Of a DNA stretch of 45,170 bases, positions 1 through 9,072 are shown one piece after another (within the stretch, counting starts at the first letter, position 1; each line of letters opens with the position of its first letter). The stretch comes from Veillonella sp. (lineage in GTDB: Bacteria > Bacillota > Negativicutes > Veillonellales > Veillonellaceae): contig DXZL01000001.1 in assembly GCA_019419725.1 (NCBI GenBank), positions 1 through 45,170 of the forward strand. The letters run 5' to 3'. Made by a program: the position numbers and the translations under genes. Under the pieces are notes generated by a model, which was not told the DNA's origin, searched no databases, and saw nothing but the letters and a program-made list of their open reading frames with translations.

Positions 1-659
1 GCACCATCAAATGTATCATCGTACATTAAACCGCCACCAATTGTTTGTTGGAAACGACCACCTTTAGCAGATACGCTATTACCAAATTTGTGATCTACAT
101 AAGCACGATCGATTGTCGCATCAGCACCTTTTGTGGAGTCACCGAATTCGTAATTACCTTTTACACGAACAACAGCTTCAGTTTTATCATTAACTTTACC
201 ATTGAATTGAACACGTGCACGTCCATCTGTTAAGGATTTGCTATTAGCTTTATAAACGCCTTTATCTTCAGAGCCTTGGTAACGGATACGAGCATCACCA
301 GTTACTTTTACATTACCTACGCGATCTTCCAAACGAGATACGCGTACGCCCAAACTGTTCAACTCATTGGAGAACTCATCTGCCAAGCGGTTAATCATGG
401 CTTGTTGTTCTGCATTAGCGCGATCTTGGTTAGCCATTGCTTTAGCTACCATTTGAGCCATTTCATAACGAGTGATATTGTTTTGGCCTTTGAAAGTACC
501 ATCTGGGTAACCATTAACGATACCAGATTGTGCTAATTGAGATACTGCTTGGTATGCCCAGCTATCTGGAGTTACATCGGAGAATGGGTTTGCAGCGAAT
601 GCTGTTGTTACACCTAATACTGCTGTTGCTGCAAAAATTGTTGCGAATTGTTTTTTCAT
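1..659 (-). CDS. ompM: OmpM: SLH-domain outer membrane porin / peptidoglycan tether (3' end runs off the window)
   Basis: Not in the ORF track; translated by hand from ATG at 659: MKKQFATIFAATAVLGVTTAFA-ANPFSDVTPDSWAYQAVSQLAQSGIVNGYPDGTFKGQNNITRYEMAQMVAKA (signal peptide + SLH domain), then coiled coil (LADEFSNELNSLGVRVSRLEDRV), then amphipathic beta strands (VKVTGDARIRYQ...). RBS AAGAAGGA. Open to the window edge. Confidence 0.95.
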   Translation of the reverse strand, partial: MKKQFATIFAATAVLGVTTAFAANPFSDVTPDSWAYQAVSQLAQSGIVNGYPDGTFKGQNNITRYEMAQMVAKAMANQDRANAEQQAMINRLADEFSNELNSLGVRVSRLEDRVGNVKVTGDARIRYQGSEDKGVYKANSKSLTDGRARVQFNGKVNDKTEAVVRVKGNYEFGDSTKGADATIDRAYVDHKFGNSVSAKGGRFQQTIGGGLMYDDTFDG

Positions 660-822
660 AATGAATTCCTTCTTTCTTATAAATAAGAATTTATAGTATC
701 AGAAGACATTCACTGTATAAGTGGTATAACTATGAAAGATATATTAGGAGTGTCCACGTTTCCTCGACTATATTATCTATCACAGCCTCACCTCTTTATT
801 AGTGGTGCCTTGCTGTGATTAG

Positions 823-851
823 AATATATCACCGTCCAAATTTTTTGTAAA
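823..851 (-). promoter_or_regulatory. SigA-type promoter of ompM
   Basis: Minus strand TTTACA-17 nt-TATATT, with TG at the extended -10 position. Confidence 0.7.
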
Positions 852-1085
852 GCATTTTATACAACTAAATTTGATGAAATTTCTTTCATGAATAAAAATG
901 AGCTTATAAACATAGATTTCATCTATATTTCTTGAAATTAAATTTTATACAATTTCATTTTATTTCTTAAAAATATGACAAAATCAGACACAAAATTCAT
1001 AATTTTTAATTACTATAATTAATATAAAGTGTATATATTAATACATATTTTTAATATATTGCTTTCAATACCTACTATTAAATAG

Positions 1086-1123
1086 AAAAAGCCTCCCTAT
1101 AGTAATACTATAGGAAGGCTTTT
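1086..1123 (-). terminator. Rho-independent terminator after the signal peptidase gene
   Basis: AAAAGCCTCCCTATAGT-AAT-ACTATAGGAAGGCTTTT inverted repeat; T-run on the minus strand. Confidence 0.85.
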
Positions 1124-1130
1124 ATAAGCA

Positions 1131-1703
1131 TTAAATTGCATAGGATACAAAACCTAATACGTGATCAACTGGAACAGGACCGATAAAACGACTATCGCTA
1201 GAGTGATTTCGATTGTCCCCCATCACAAATACATGCCCTTCTGGAACAGTAACCGGTGTAGAACGTGTATAATTCATTATTGTATCTTTAGTATATGGTT
1301 CTTGTAATTGTTCACCATTACGCCATACATGACCATCTTTAAACTCTAATACATCACCTGGACGACCAATAACACGCTTAACCCATACATCATTTGTTTG
1401 AGCAGCTTTATTAAAGACAGATGCATAGTTCATCAATGGTTCTTCTACATCATCTACCCAAGTACGTGCACGATTAACACGACTATCAATGATTACAATT
1501 TGTCCATAATTTGGCATTTCATTCATAATATGATGCCACTTCGTTACAATTAAATATTGACCATTATGTAGTGTATCCTCCATTGATTCACCAGATACCC
1601 GTGTTGGTTGAATCAAGAAGATATGGATTACCATAGCAATAACCAATGCTAATACAATGGCATAAATCCAATCTAATATTTCTTTTACTATTTTATTACT
1701 CAT
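1131..1703 (-). CDS. lepB: Signal peptidase I
   Basis: N-terminal TM helix; boxes VSGESMEDTL (catalytic Ser), WVKRVIGRPGD (catalytic Lys), GDNRNHSSDSR. Confidence 0.96.
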   Translation of the reverse strand: MSNKIVKEILDWIYAIVLALVIAMVIHIFLIQPTRVSGESMEDTLHNGQYLIVTKWHHIMNEMPNYGQIVIIDSRVNRARTWVDDVEEPLMNYASVFNKAAQTNDVWVKRVIGRPGDVLEFKDGHVWRNGEQLQEPYTKDTIMNYTRSTPVTVPEGHVFVMGDNRNHSSDSRFIGPVPVDHVLGFVSYAI

Positions 1704-1712
1704 ATTAACCCC

Positions 1713-2582
1713 TTAATGACCGTTTTTTGTAAATCTACCACCAAATACATCATGTACATCCTGAATCGTAATAAATGCCGATGAATCTACTTCATAAACA
1801 GTATTTTTTAACCTCATAATCTCAAGTCTTGTCACCACAGAATACAAAACATGTTTAGGTTGCTTTAAATAGCCCCCTTCACCATACATGATGGTAACAC
1901 CACGATTTAGGTTCGCATTTAATGCATCTGCAATCTTTTTAGAATTCTCTGCATCGGTAATAATCATGACCCCTTTAGATTCATCAAGGCCTGTAATTGT
2001 AATATCAATCATCTTATAGGCAATGAAGTATGCAATCAAGGAGTACATAGCACTATTCCAACTATATACAAAACCCGCTGCGCCGAGAATAATAAGATTC
2101 ATGGCCATTACGATTTCACCTACAGAGAAGGTTGAACGTTTATCAAATATAATGGCTACGATTTCAGAGCCGTCCAAAGAACCACCGTTACGTATAATGA
2201 GGCCAACCCCAATGCCTAAGATGATACCACCAAAGATAGATCCTAAAAATGGATCCGATGTAATCGGTGTGAAATCATGAGCAAAGGTTGAAAAAATAGC
2301 CATCCATACGATGGAGAACAGTGTAGAAAATGTAAAGTTTTTACCGTTAGCTCTATAGCCAAGATACAAAAAAGGCAAGTTCAAGAGTACAACGAAAATA
2401 CTGAAAGAAATTCCTGAAAGCTCTGCAGCCATCAAGGAAATACCAACTACACCACCATCGATGATGCTATTCGGTACTAAAAATAAATCTAAGCCTATGG
2501 TGTAAATTAAGGCCCCTAAAATCATCATTAAACAACGCATAATAAAGTTTGACCAGTTATGCGTTGAAGTTTCATTTGTCAT
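1713..2582 (-). CDS. YitT family membrane protein (UPF0750/DUF2179-type C-terminus)
   Basis: LFLVPNSIIDGGVVGIS, LNLPFL, GGSLDG and RGVT...G.GGY motifs, multiple TM helices. Start moved to ATG 2582 because of the AAAGGAG RBS. Confidence 0.88.
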   Translation of the reverse strand: MTNETSTHNWSNFIMRCLMMILGALIYTIGLDLFLVPNSIIDGGVVGISLMAAELSGISFSIFVVLLNLPFLYLGYRANGKNFTFSTLFSIVWMAIFSTFAHDFTPITSDPFLGSIFGGIILGIGVGLIIRNGGSLDGSEIVAIIFDKRSTFSVGEIVMAMNLIILGAAGFVYSWNSAMYSLIAYFIAYKMIDITITGLDESKGVMIITDAENSKKIADALNANLNRGVTIMYGEGGYLKQPKHVLYSVVTRLEIMRLKNTVYEVDSSAFITIQDVHDVFGGRFTKNGH

Positions 2583-3099
2583 GCACTTCTCCTTTACCGT
2601 ACAACTGCTCCATAGCATGTAATCTCTTTTCTTCTAACTCACTAGCGTCTATAATGTCCCCTTGCATATCATTAGCAGCTTGACGTAACTGTTTTGTATA
2701 CCGTAAGCCAATAACAAAGGCTGTTAAATCATCTACCGGCTCCGGCGGAAATTGCATAGACGTAGGGATAATCTTACGCCATCCTGTAGGAGGATTATAT
2801 TTCCAATATAATTTACGAGCCTCCTCTGTGCTATGCGATTCATCAATTAAGCTAGTAGTGATTCTGTGATTTCGTCCAATTTGTTGAAGAGATGGATATA
2901 AATATTTATGATTTGTACCATTTCCACATACGATATGAACAATGCCATAATATTCAGTTAATGTACGTTCAATTTCATCATTGAACTGTTTTGTCATAAT
3001 AATTTTACGACACACCATAGTACCAGACGGTGTTACAATTGCTACACCAGTTTTCTCATTGCCTGGATCTACAGCTAAAATGTATGTAGTATCAGTCAT
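2572..3099 (-). CDS. YqgF/RuvX-like RNase H-fold nuclease family protein
   Basis: ILAVDPGNEKTGVAIV first strand, IVCGNGT, IDESHSTEEAR and PVDD motifs. Confidence 0.82.
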   Translation of the reverse strand: MTDTTYILAVDPGNEKTGVAIVTPSGTMVCRKIIMTKQFNDEIERTLTEYYGIVHIVCGNGTNHKYLYPSLQQIGRNHRITTSLIDESHSTEEARKLYWKYNPPTGWRKIIPTSMQFPPEPVDDLTAFVIGLRYTKQLRQAANDMQGDIIDASELEEKRLHAMEQLYGKGEVHDK

Positions 3100-3131
3100 A
3101 TAACTATCCTCGCTTTAAATACAGCAGTTAT

Positions 3132-3142
3132 ATTTTAACACA
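3132..3142 (-). promoter_or_regulatory. Extended -10 promoter element for the YqgF-like/YitT/lepB unit
   Basis: Minus strand TGTG-t-TAAAAT (TRTG extended -10), about 30 nt upstream of the start and abutting the terminator hairpin. Confidence 0.5.
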
Positions 3143-3184
3143 AAATAAAGGTCTTATGTAAAAAATTACATAAGACCTTTATTT
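3143..3184 (-). terminator. Terminator ending the lpxI...lpt-DUF3084 transcript
   Basis: Perfect 19-bp inverted repeat AAATAAAGGTCTTATGTAA / TTACATAAGACCTTTATTT. Confidence 0.85.
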
Positions 3185-3214
3185 AAAGTATATAAAACCA
3201 AAATACTATTTCTA

Positions 3215-4429
3215 TTAATAAGCTGGCATTTTTGCCTTATCATTAAAGACAGGCATTTGAGTAATACGCAACTTAAGATGTACAGGACCAGATGAATATG
3301 TATCACCATCAACATATGCTTCTACATGAACCTTGCCATGTATAGTAGCAACACGTCTAATAGCAGTAAACAAATCATCTCCAGGTATAGTTCCAATATC
3401 ACCAGATAAGGAGTCTGGAATTATGCCTTTCGCTCTCGCCTTTTCATTTACTTGCTTCAAGAATTGAAGCATAGCTGATTGAGCATTAGGCCCACCATCC
3501 ATTACGGCAGAATGGATTACTTCTCCATTTTTATAAATAAATTGTTGTGGATATACTTGGATAACAGCCACTGCAGGTTCGCCAGCAATGATATTTCCAG
3601 CCGCTACAACTTGAACGACCATAGGTGTTTTTGCACTATTAAGCTTTTGTGTAGCCACCTCAATATTTTGACGTTCTACATATACAACAGCTTGCCCTTG
3701 ATCTTCGATACCAAGGCGGCGTAGAACCAATTTATTGGTATCATCAATAATATTTTTGATGGCTGCTTGGCTATCTTCTTCACTTAAACCAGGTCGAACA
3801 ACAGCTTGTGCCAATAATTGATCAACTTGGAAAAGAATTGTACCTTCACGCAAATGAATAATGCCATTTTGCAACTGTTCTTGCGTTGTCTGTAAATCCT
3901 TAATATGAGCTTCCATTTTGGCTCTTGTAGCCTCTAAATCAGCTAATTTTTTAGATACTTCATCATATGAAGCTTGAAGTGTAGCTAACTCAGCTTCAGT
4001 CGCATCTTTAGCCGCTTGTGCACTAGCCAACTCAGCCTTAGTTGCATCAACCTCTTTACGAATTTGCTCTATTTCAGCCATTCGTTCTGCTAATTCTTGC
4101 TTATTTTGCTCAAGCAATGCTTGTCCTCGAATAAGCTCTTGCGTCTTAGCAGCTACCTCATCATTAAGTTGCTTCATATCTGCTCGCAACTGATCCATCC
4201 CAAAAAGTGCTGTTCGTACACTTTGAGATGTAATAGTTAATACACCTACTGTAGCAGCTGCAACTAACAATCCCGTTACGATAGTAACAATAATCGATGT
4301 ATGCTTAGGCCTTAATCCAAAGAGGGACATGCGACGCTTACCAACTTTGGTGCCTAACTTATCCCCCATGTAGGCAATAAGTCCACCCATAAGGGCGATA
4401 ATAACTAATATTTTAACACCTACTAACAT
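3215..4429 (-). CDS. DUF3084 domain membrane protein with long coiled coil
   Basis: N-terminal GGLIAYMGDKLGTKVGKRRMSLFGLRPKHT signature, two TM helices, about 115-residue heptad-rich region, globular C-terminus. Confidence 0.85.
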   Translation of the reverse strand: MLVGVKILVIIALMGGLIAYMGDKLGTKVGKRRMSLFGLRPKHTSIIVTIVTGLLVAAATVGVLTITSQSVRTALFGMDQLRADMKQLNDEVAAKTQELIRGQALLEQNKQELAERMAEIEQIRKEVDATKAELASAQAAKDATEAELATLQASYDEVSKKLADLEATRAKMEAHIKDLQTTQEQLQNGIIHLREGTILFQVDQLLAQAVVRPGLSEEDSQAAIKNIIDDTNKLVLRRLGIEDQGQAVVYVERQNIEVATQKLNSAKTPMVVQVVAAGNIIAGEPAVAVIQVYPQQFIYKNGEVIHSAVMDGGPNAQSAMLQFLKQVNEKARAKGIIPDSLSGDIGTIPGDDLFTAIRRVATIHGKVHVEAYVDGDTYSSGPVHLKLRITQMPVFNDKAKMPAY

Positions 4430-4516
4430 CGAGTCCCTCCTTTCATAAGATTACACAATTATTGGATTCGAAAATATGTTATTTCGTAAATCAAATTTAT
4501 TTCTTTATATACTAGG

Positions 4517-5608
4517 TTACTTAGATACACGCCAATTCAAATATAGGCCAGCAATGATGCCTAATGTATCTGGAATTAATGCAGCAAATACGGTTGGCAA
4601 TGCACCACCTTTACCTAATGCACCAGCAAATGTCATCACCCCATAATAGATAAAGATGATTAAAATACTAATACCAAAGCCAATAGATGAGCTAGAACGT
4701 TGCTTTTGAAGACCTAATGGAGCACCTACAAGAGCAAATACAAAGCTAGCTAATGGAATTGTAAAACGTTGATACATTTCCATTTCTAGTTTATTGGCAT
4801 TCGTATAAGCCGCCTTATACGCTTTAATTTGATGACGTAATTCTTTGATTGTTAATTCTTCTGGTTTACGTTGATCTTGTTGAATATCCTTTGGTGCAGA
4901 CTTAATTGGCAAGGATTGCTCCTTGAACTTCATTGTTCGTTCTACACCATCACCAGCGGAAATATCATAAATAATGCCGTTTTGCATCACCCAATATTGG
5001 CCATTCCAAACAGCAGTATCCGCATTTTCAACTTGTTGTAACTTGCCACCTTCACCAAACTGTTGCACCGTAATCATGCTTAATTGTTTAGTCTCCGCAT
5101 TGTAGCTTTTAGCATACATTAATGTGCCTAAATCATTACCATTCATTGTTTTTAAAACGATATGATTTTGTGTTTGAGGTGATGCATTTTTCATAATCTG
5201 TTCACGCACAATTGTTTGATACATATTATTTGTACGTGGTACAACAAATTCATTAAATGCGACAGCCCCAATTGAGATGATAAGGGCAATAATGTATACA
5301 GGCATCGCTAAGCGTAAAAAGCTAAGACCACCGGCACGCATAACAACAATCTCACTAGTACTACTCAAGCGACTAAAGGTCATAAGTGAAGCCAATAGTA
5401 CTGACATTGGGAATGTTAAGATAACAATACTTGGTAATGCCAACACAAAAGCTTTCATAACGAGGACTAGCGGTGCCCCATATTCAGTAATATATTGAGC
5501 AATTCTAAACAATGTGCCTGTGCCAATAAAAATACTGGTAAAAGCAAATACCCCAAATAGGAACGGACCTACAAAGGCTTTTAATATATATTTATCTAAT
5601 AATCTCAT
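4517..5608 (-). CDS. lptF: LptF/LptG family LPS export ABC permease (single copy in the window)
   Basis: MRLLDKYIL start, RLSSTSEIVVMRAGGLS motif, 3 TM + periplasmic beta-jellyroll + 3 TM; adjacent to lptB. F versus G cannot be told apart by eye. Confidence 0.92.
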   Translation of the reverse strand: MRLLDKYILKAFVGPFLFGVFAFTSIFIGTGTLFRIAQYITEYGAPLVLVMKAFVLALPSIVILTFPMSVLLASLMTFSRLSSTSEIVVMRAGGLSFLRLAMPVYIIALIISIGAVAFNEFVVPRTNNMYQTIVREQIMKNASPQTQNHIVLKTMNGNDLGTLMYAKSYNAETKQLSMITVQQFGEGGKLQQVENADTAVWNGQYWVMQNGIIYDISAGDGVERTMKFKEQSLPIKSAPKDIQQDQRKPEELTIKELRHQIKAYKAAYTNANKLEMEMYQRFTIPLASFVFALVGAPLGLQKQRSSSSIGFGISILIIFIYYGVMTFAGALGKGGALPTVFAALIPDTLGIIAGLYLNWRVSK

Positions 5609-5617
5609 AGTCCCCTC

Positions 5618-6337
5618 CTATAATCTAAAGTTATCCCCTAAGTAATGCTCACGAGCGATTGGATCGTTTGCAATTTCTTCAGGGGTGCCTTCTAGGAGGA
5701 TCTTACCACTACTTAAAATATAAGCCTTATCTACAATCCCCAATGTTTCACGCACATTGTGATCTGTAATCAAGATACCAATACCGCGATTTTTTACATG
5801 CAAAATGATTTGTTGAATGTCAGCAACCGCGATAGGGTCGACACCAGCAAAAGGTTCATCGAGAAGAATAAAATTCGGTTCTAACGCAAGACAACGAGCG
5901 ATTTCTACACGACGGCGTTCACCACCAGATAGCTGCATCCCCATACGATCCCGAACATGACCAATATGAAATTCTTCAATGAGGGATTCCACTATAGCTT
6001 CAATTTCATCAGATTTCTTTGATGTTGTTTGTAACATAGCACGAATATTATCCTCAACAGTCATGGAGCGAAAAATTGATGCTTCTTGTGGAAGATACCC
6101 AATACCTTCAGCAGCTCGTTTATACATTGGAATATTCGTAATATCCTTGTCATCAACGGTAATGATACCAGAACTAGGTCGTTCAATGCCAACAATCATA
6201 TAGAATGATGTAGTTTTCCCTGCCCCATTAGGACCTAGGAGCCCAACGACTTGCCCCTTATCAACGCGTAAACTAACCCCGTCTACAACATTGCGACCGC
6301 TAAAGGTTTTGACTAAGTTTTTGGTTTCTATATACAT
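5618..6337 (-). CDS. lptB: LPS export ABC transporter ATPase LptB
   Basis: [52 protein letters not shown]-terminal YLGDNFRL. Confidence 0.97.
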   Translation of the reverse strand: MYIETKNLVKTFSGRNVVDGVSLRVDKGQVVGLLGPNGAGKTTSFYMIVGIERPSSGIITVDDKDITNIPMYKRAAEGIGYLPQEASIFRSMTVEDNIRAMLQTTSKKSDEIEAIVESLIEEFHIGHVRDRMGMQLSGGERRRVEIARCLALEPNFILLDEPFAGVDPIAVADIQQIILHVKNRGIGILITDHNVRETLGIVDKAYILSSGKILLEGTPEEIANDPIAREHYLGDNFRL

Positions 6338-6346
6338 ATTTAATCC

Positions 6347-7066
6347 TTATTGATTTGGAACAATGATAAGTGTACTACGACCACCCAATGTTTCAGCAGA
6401 ATCATCAGCTAAACGAATTTTAAGCTCTGGCGCATTAAGTACATTACCATTTTGAACAGCATGAGCAGATCCAGATAAAAGTACAACTCCATCATTTTGA
6501 TTAGGTGTTTGCGTATAGGTAGCACGCTCTGCAGAGCCAGATACGTTTCGTTCTGGATTAGAGAATGTCACATCCCCTTGTGCTACTGCACGAATTTCTT
6601 TTAGCCACCCTTCTACTTGATTACCTGTCAAAGTAGTGCCTTCTGCAATCAAACGAGCATTGCCAGATACAAGACCATACTCTGTATCTGTATTATATTC
6701 AACTTTATCACCGAAAATTTGACGATCGCTACGTTGTAAATGAACTCCGCCATTAGCAGTGAATTTATTATTATTGTAACTGTGCACTGATTCTGCAGAC
6801 ATAGCCATATCAGAACCAATCATAGATACGCCGCCATCTAGATTTGCTTCCTGAGTTTTTGTATTATACCATCCATTGGCACCAGTCATCGTTTTATCAG
6901 CTTGAGTAATTACCACATTACCGTTTGCATCAGCAATTCCCGTATTGCCATCATAAGATAATGTATCTGCGCTAATAGTCAAAGGATCATTTGCAGCCCA
7001 AGCTGTAACAGATGCTGTCATAAGCATAGCCAAAATAGCCATACCAATCTGTTTTTTCTTATTCAT
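6347..7066 (-). CDS. lptA: LptA/OstA family periplasmic LPS transport protein
   Basis: Signal peptide ending AWA, LTISADTLSYD...GNVVITQ beta-jellyroll pattern, position between lptC and lptB. Start moved to ATG 7066 (GAGG RBS). Confidence 0.85.
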   Translation of the reverse strand: MNKKKQIGMAILAMLMTASVTAWAANDPLTISADTLSYDGNTGIADANGNVVITQADKTMTGANGWYNTKTQEANLDGGVSMIGSDMAMSAESVHSYNNNKFTANGGVHLQRSDRQIFGDKVEYNTDTEYGLVSGNARLIAEGTTLTGNQVEGWLKEIRAVAQGDVTFSNPERNVSGSAERATYTQTPNQNDGVVLLSGSAHAVQNGNVLNAPELKIRLADDSAETLGGRSTLIIVPNQ

Positions 7067-7080
7067 TATATTTCCTCGCA

Positions 7081-7617
7081 TTACTTCTTCGTTAACTTTG
7101 CATTACCAATAGCTTTGATTTTCTTCAAGGACATATTGCCTTCAAGTTTATCACCAGTTAATGTTATATCTTTACCGTTATAGGTAAAGGCAGATTTAGA
7201 TGTCAACGTTTTCGTCTTATTATCAAAGTGAAGTGCATCAGTTTTAAACTCAGCTCCATCAGTATTTGTGGCTGTAACACCTTGATCAATATCAAGGGAG
7301 TTGCGATCACCGGTCAATACAGCATGAGGTGCTGTGATTGTTGTAGTTACATCATCTTGATAGAAAAGACCTTTTAAATTAGTCAGCACAATAGCTTTTG
7401 TACGTGGATCATATTCAATCTTTTCAGCTGATAATGCCCATACTAGCTTGCCATCTTTTTCCTCTTGTAAATCGGCTCCTTGGAAGTTAACCAGTTGTCC
7501 ATTCTGATTTTGAGTGGTACCAACATCACTAGAGTCTTTCATAATATATACGATAAGACCAATCAGAGCCAACACTATGGCGGCCACTATGGCAATTAAT
7601 TTTTTATTGTTTTTCAT
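7081..7617 (-). CDS. lptC: LPS export periplasmic protein LptC
   Basis: Single N-terminal TM, GKLVWALSAEK, then beta-jellyroll strands; lptC-lptA-lptB synteny. Confidence 0.87.
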   Translation of the reverse strand: MKNNKKLIAIVAAIVLALIGLIVYIMKDSSDVGTTQNQNGQLVNFQGADLQEEKDGKLVWALSAEKIEYDPRTKAIVLTNLKGLFYQDDVTTTITAPHAVLTGDRNSLDIDQGVTATNTDGAEFKTDALHFDNKTKTLTSKSAFTYNGKDITLTGDKLEGNMSLKKIKAIGNAKLTKK

Positions 7618-8536
7618 GTGCCCTCTCCCGTGCAGCTACCTTCTTATCATAATCAATAATTTGATCCATCTTAGTCATCCAGCGATGTTGGAACCATAGC
7701 CACTCATCTGGATGCTCACGAATAAAGTCTTCTGTAACACGTACACATTCCTCAGTTAGACGATACATATCTGCATCTTCATCACCTGTATCTATATAAT
7801 GTAAGGCTGGTAGAATGTGAACAATATGACCACCTTCTGGTTTTCGAGATGCAAAAATTGGAACTACTGGAGATCCAAATTTTCTTGCAAACGTAGCAGG
7901 ACCAATAACTGCCGAGGAATCTTGGCCTAAAAATGGAACCGGTAAACCATGTATATAGCCATCTTGGTCAGCTAAAAAACCAAGTAATTTTTTCTTTTTT
8001 AATGCTTTAGCAGCAGAAACGATTTCATTGCCACCACTAGCAAACACATCAAGGCCCACCATCTCACGATATTCATTCATAAGACGTGTAAATTGAGCAT
8101 TAGGCTGTTTCTTAACAATAGTAGTGGATGGATAACCATGAGCCGCCATAGCAGCCCCCATCCATTCCCAGTTGCCCACATGTCCAGTAAGAACAATTAC
8201 ACCTTTATCTTCAGCGATAGCTTTTTCTAAATGTTCTACGCCTCGCATTTCAATATGTTTATTGATAAAAGACTTTGTCAGGTTTGGCATATATAAGACT
8301 TCCATAACACTACGGCCAAGATTTTTGAACAACTTTTCAATTAATTGTTCTGCCTCTTGATCATTCATGTTCATGCCAATCTTTATGTTTTTTATACCTC
8401 TAAGTTTTTGCTTCTTCGCTATGAGACCATATACTGGTCCTAAACTAGCGCCTATGAGCAAAATGAGCTTATATGGCAGTCGGCAAACGAGCCAGCTAAT
8501 GCCTTTAACTAAATGGTATTGCCATTCGTTATTCAT
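7604..8536 (-). CDS. Lipid A late acyltransferase (LpxL/LpxM/LpxP family)
   Basis: LTGHVGNWE (H-x4-E), FLADQD, VPFLG, PDEWLWFQHRW. Start moved to ATG 8536 (AAGGAGGT RBS). Confidence 0.92.
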   Translation of the reverse strand: MNNEWQYHLVKGISWLVCRLPYKLILLIGASLGPVYGLIAKKQKLRGIKNIKIGMNMNDQEAEQLIEKLFKNLGRSVMEVLYMPNLTKSFINKHIEMRGVEHLEKAIAEDKGVIVLTGHVGNWEWMGAAMAAHGYPSTTIVKKQPNAQFTRLMNEYREMVGLDVFASGGNEIVSAAKALKKKKLLGFLADQDGYIHGLPVPFLGQDSSAVIGPATFARKFGSPVVPIFASRKPEGGHIVHILPALHYIDTGDEDADMYRLTEECVRVTEDFIREHPDEWLWFQHRWMTKMDQIIDYDKKVAARERAHEKQ

Positions 8537-8550
8537 TCTGCCCACCTCCT

Positions 8551-9072
8551 TTATTGTCCATGAGCATGGGCCTCTCGTGCATAGTCTGCTACAACAGTTT
8601 CCCATAGACCTTGATTTTTCAAGATATATTCTACAGCCTCTCTAACGGCACCATGGCCTCCATTGACAGTAGATATAAATTTAGCTAATTCTTTGACCTC
8701 TGGTACCGCATTGTTTGGTGCCATTGGTAAACCTACGATTTGGAGTGCCCCTAAATCATTTAGGTCATCCCCCATGTAAGCAATCTCTTCTAAATTGATT
8801 TGATGCTCTTTACAAAGGATTCTTAATGCTTCTGTCTTATTGGCATGCCCCATAAGCAATGCATCAAAATGAAGCTCCTTAGCACGTCGCTCAACCATAG
8901 GAGATATCCGTGCTGTAATGATGGCAAGCTTAAGTCCTACTTTTCGAGCTGCCGTTAATCCTAGGCCATCTTTTACAGAGAAAGACTTAAGCTCTTCTCC
9001 ACTTGATGTATAGATTAGAGTACCATCAGATAGCACGCCATCAACATCAAGAACAATCCATTGAATATTCAT
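8551..9072 (-). CDS. kdsC: KDO 8-phosphate phosphatase (HAD family)
   Basis: LDVDGVLSDG, FSVKDGLG, YMGDDLND, GGHGAVRE. Confidence 0.94.
   Translation of the reverse strand: MNIQWIVLDVDGVLSDGTLIYTSSGEELKSFSVKDGLGLTAARKVGLKLAIITARISPMVERRAKELHFDALLMGHANKTEALRILCKEHQINLEEIAYMGDDLNDLGALQIVGLPMAPNNAVPEVKELAKFISTVNGGHGAVREAVEYILKNQGLWETVVADYAREAHAHGQ

Noticed and set aside
860..1080. Very AT-rich stretch upstream of the ompM promoter, with short palindromes such as ATAGAT-TTC-ATCTAT
   Set aside because: No DnaA boxes, iterons or ORF seen; short palindromes are expected by chance at this composition.
2572..3099. RNase H-fold gene as a transposase or mobile element
   Set aside because: Too short, no terminal inverted repeats or target duplication, and overlapping a housekeeping neighbour.
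8537..8605. N-terminal extensions in the ORF track for the acyltransferase (also YitT, lptA, tolC, lpxA)
   Set aside because: Downstream start codons have well-spaced Shine-Dalgarno sequences, and the extensions overlap upstream genes or the RBS.
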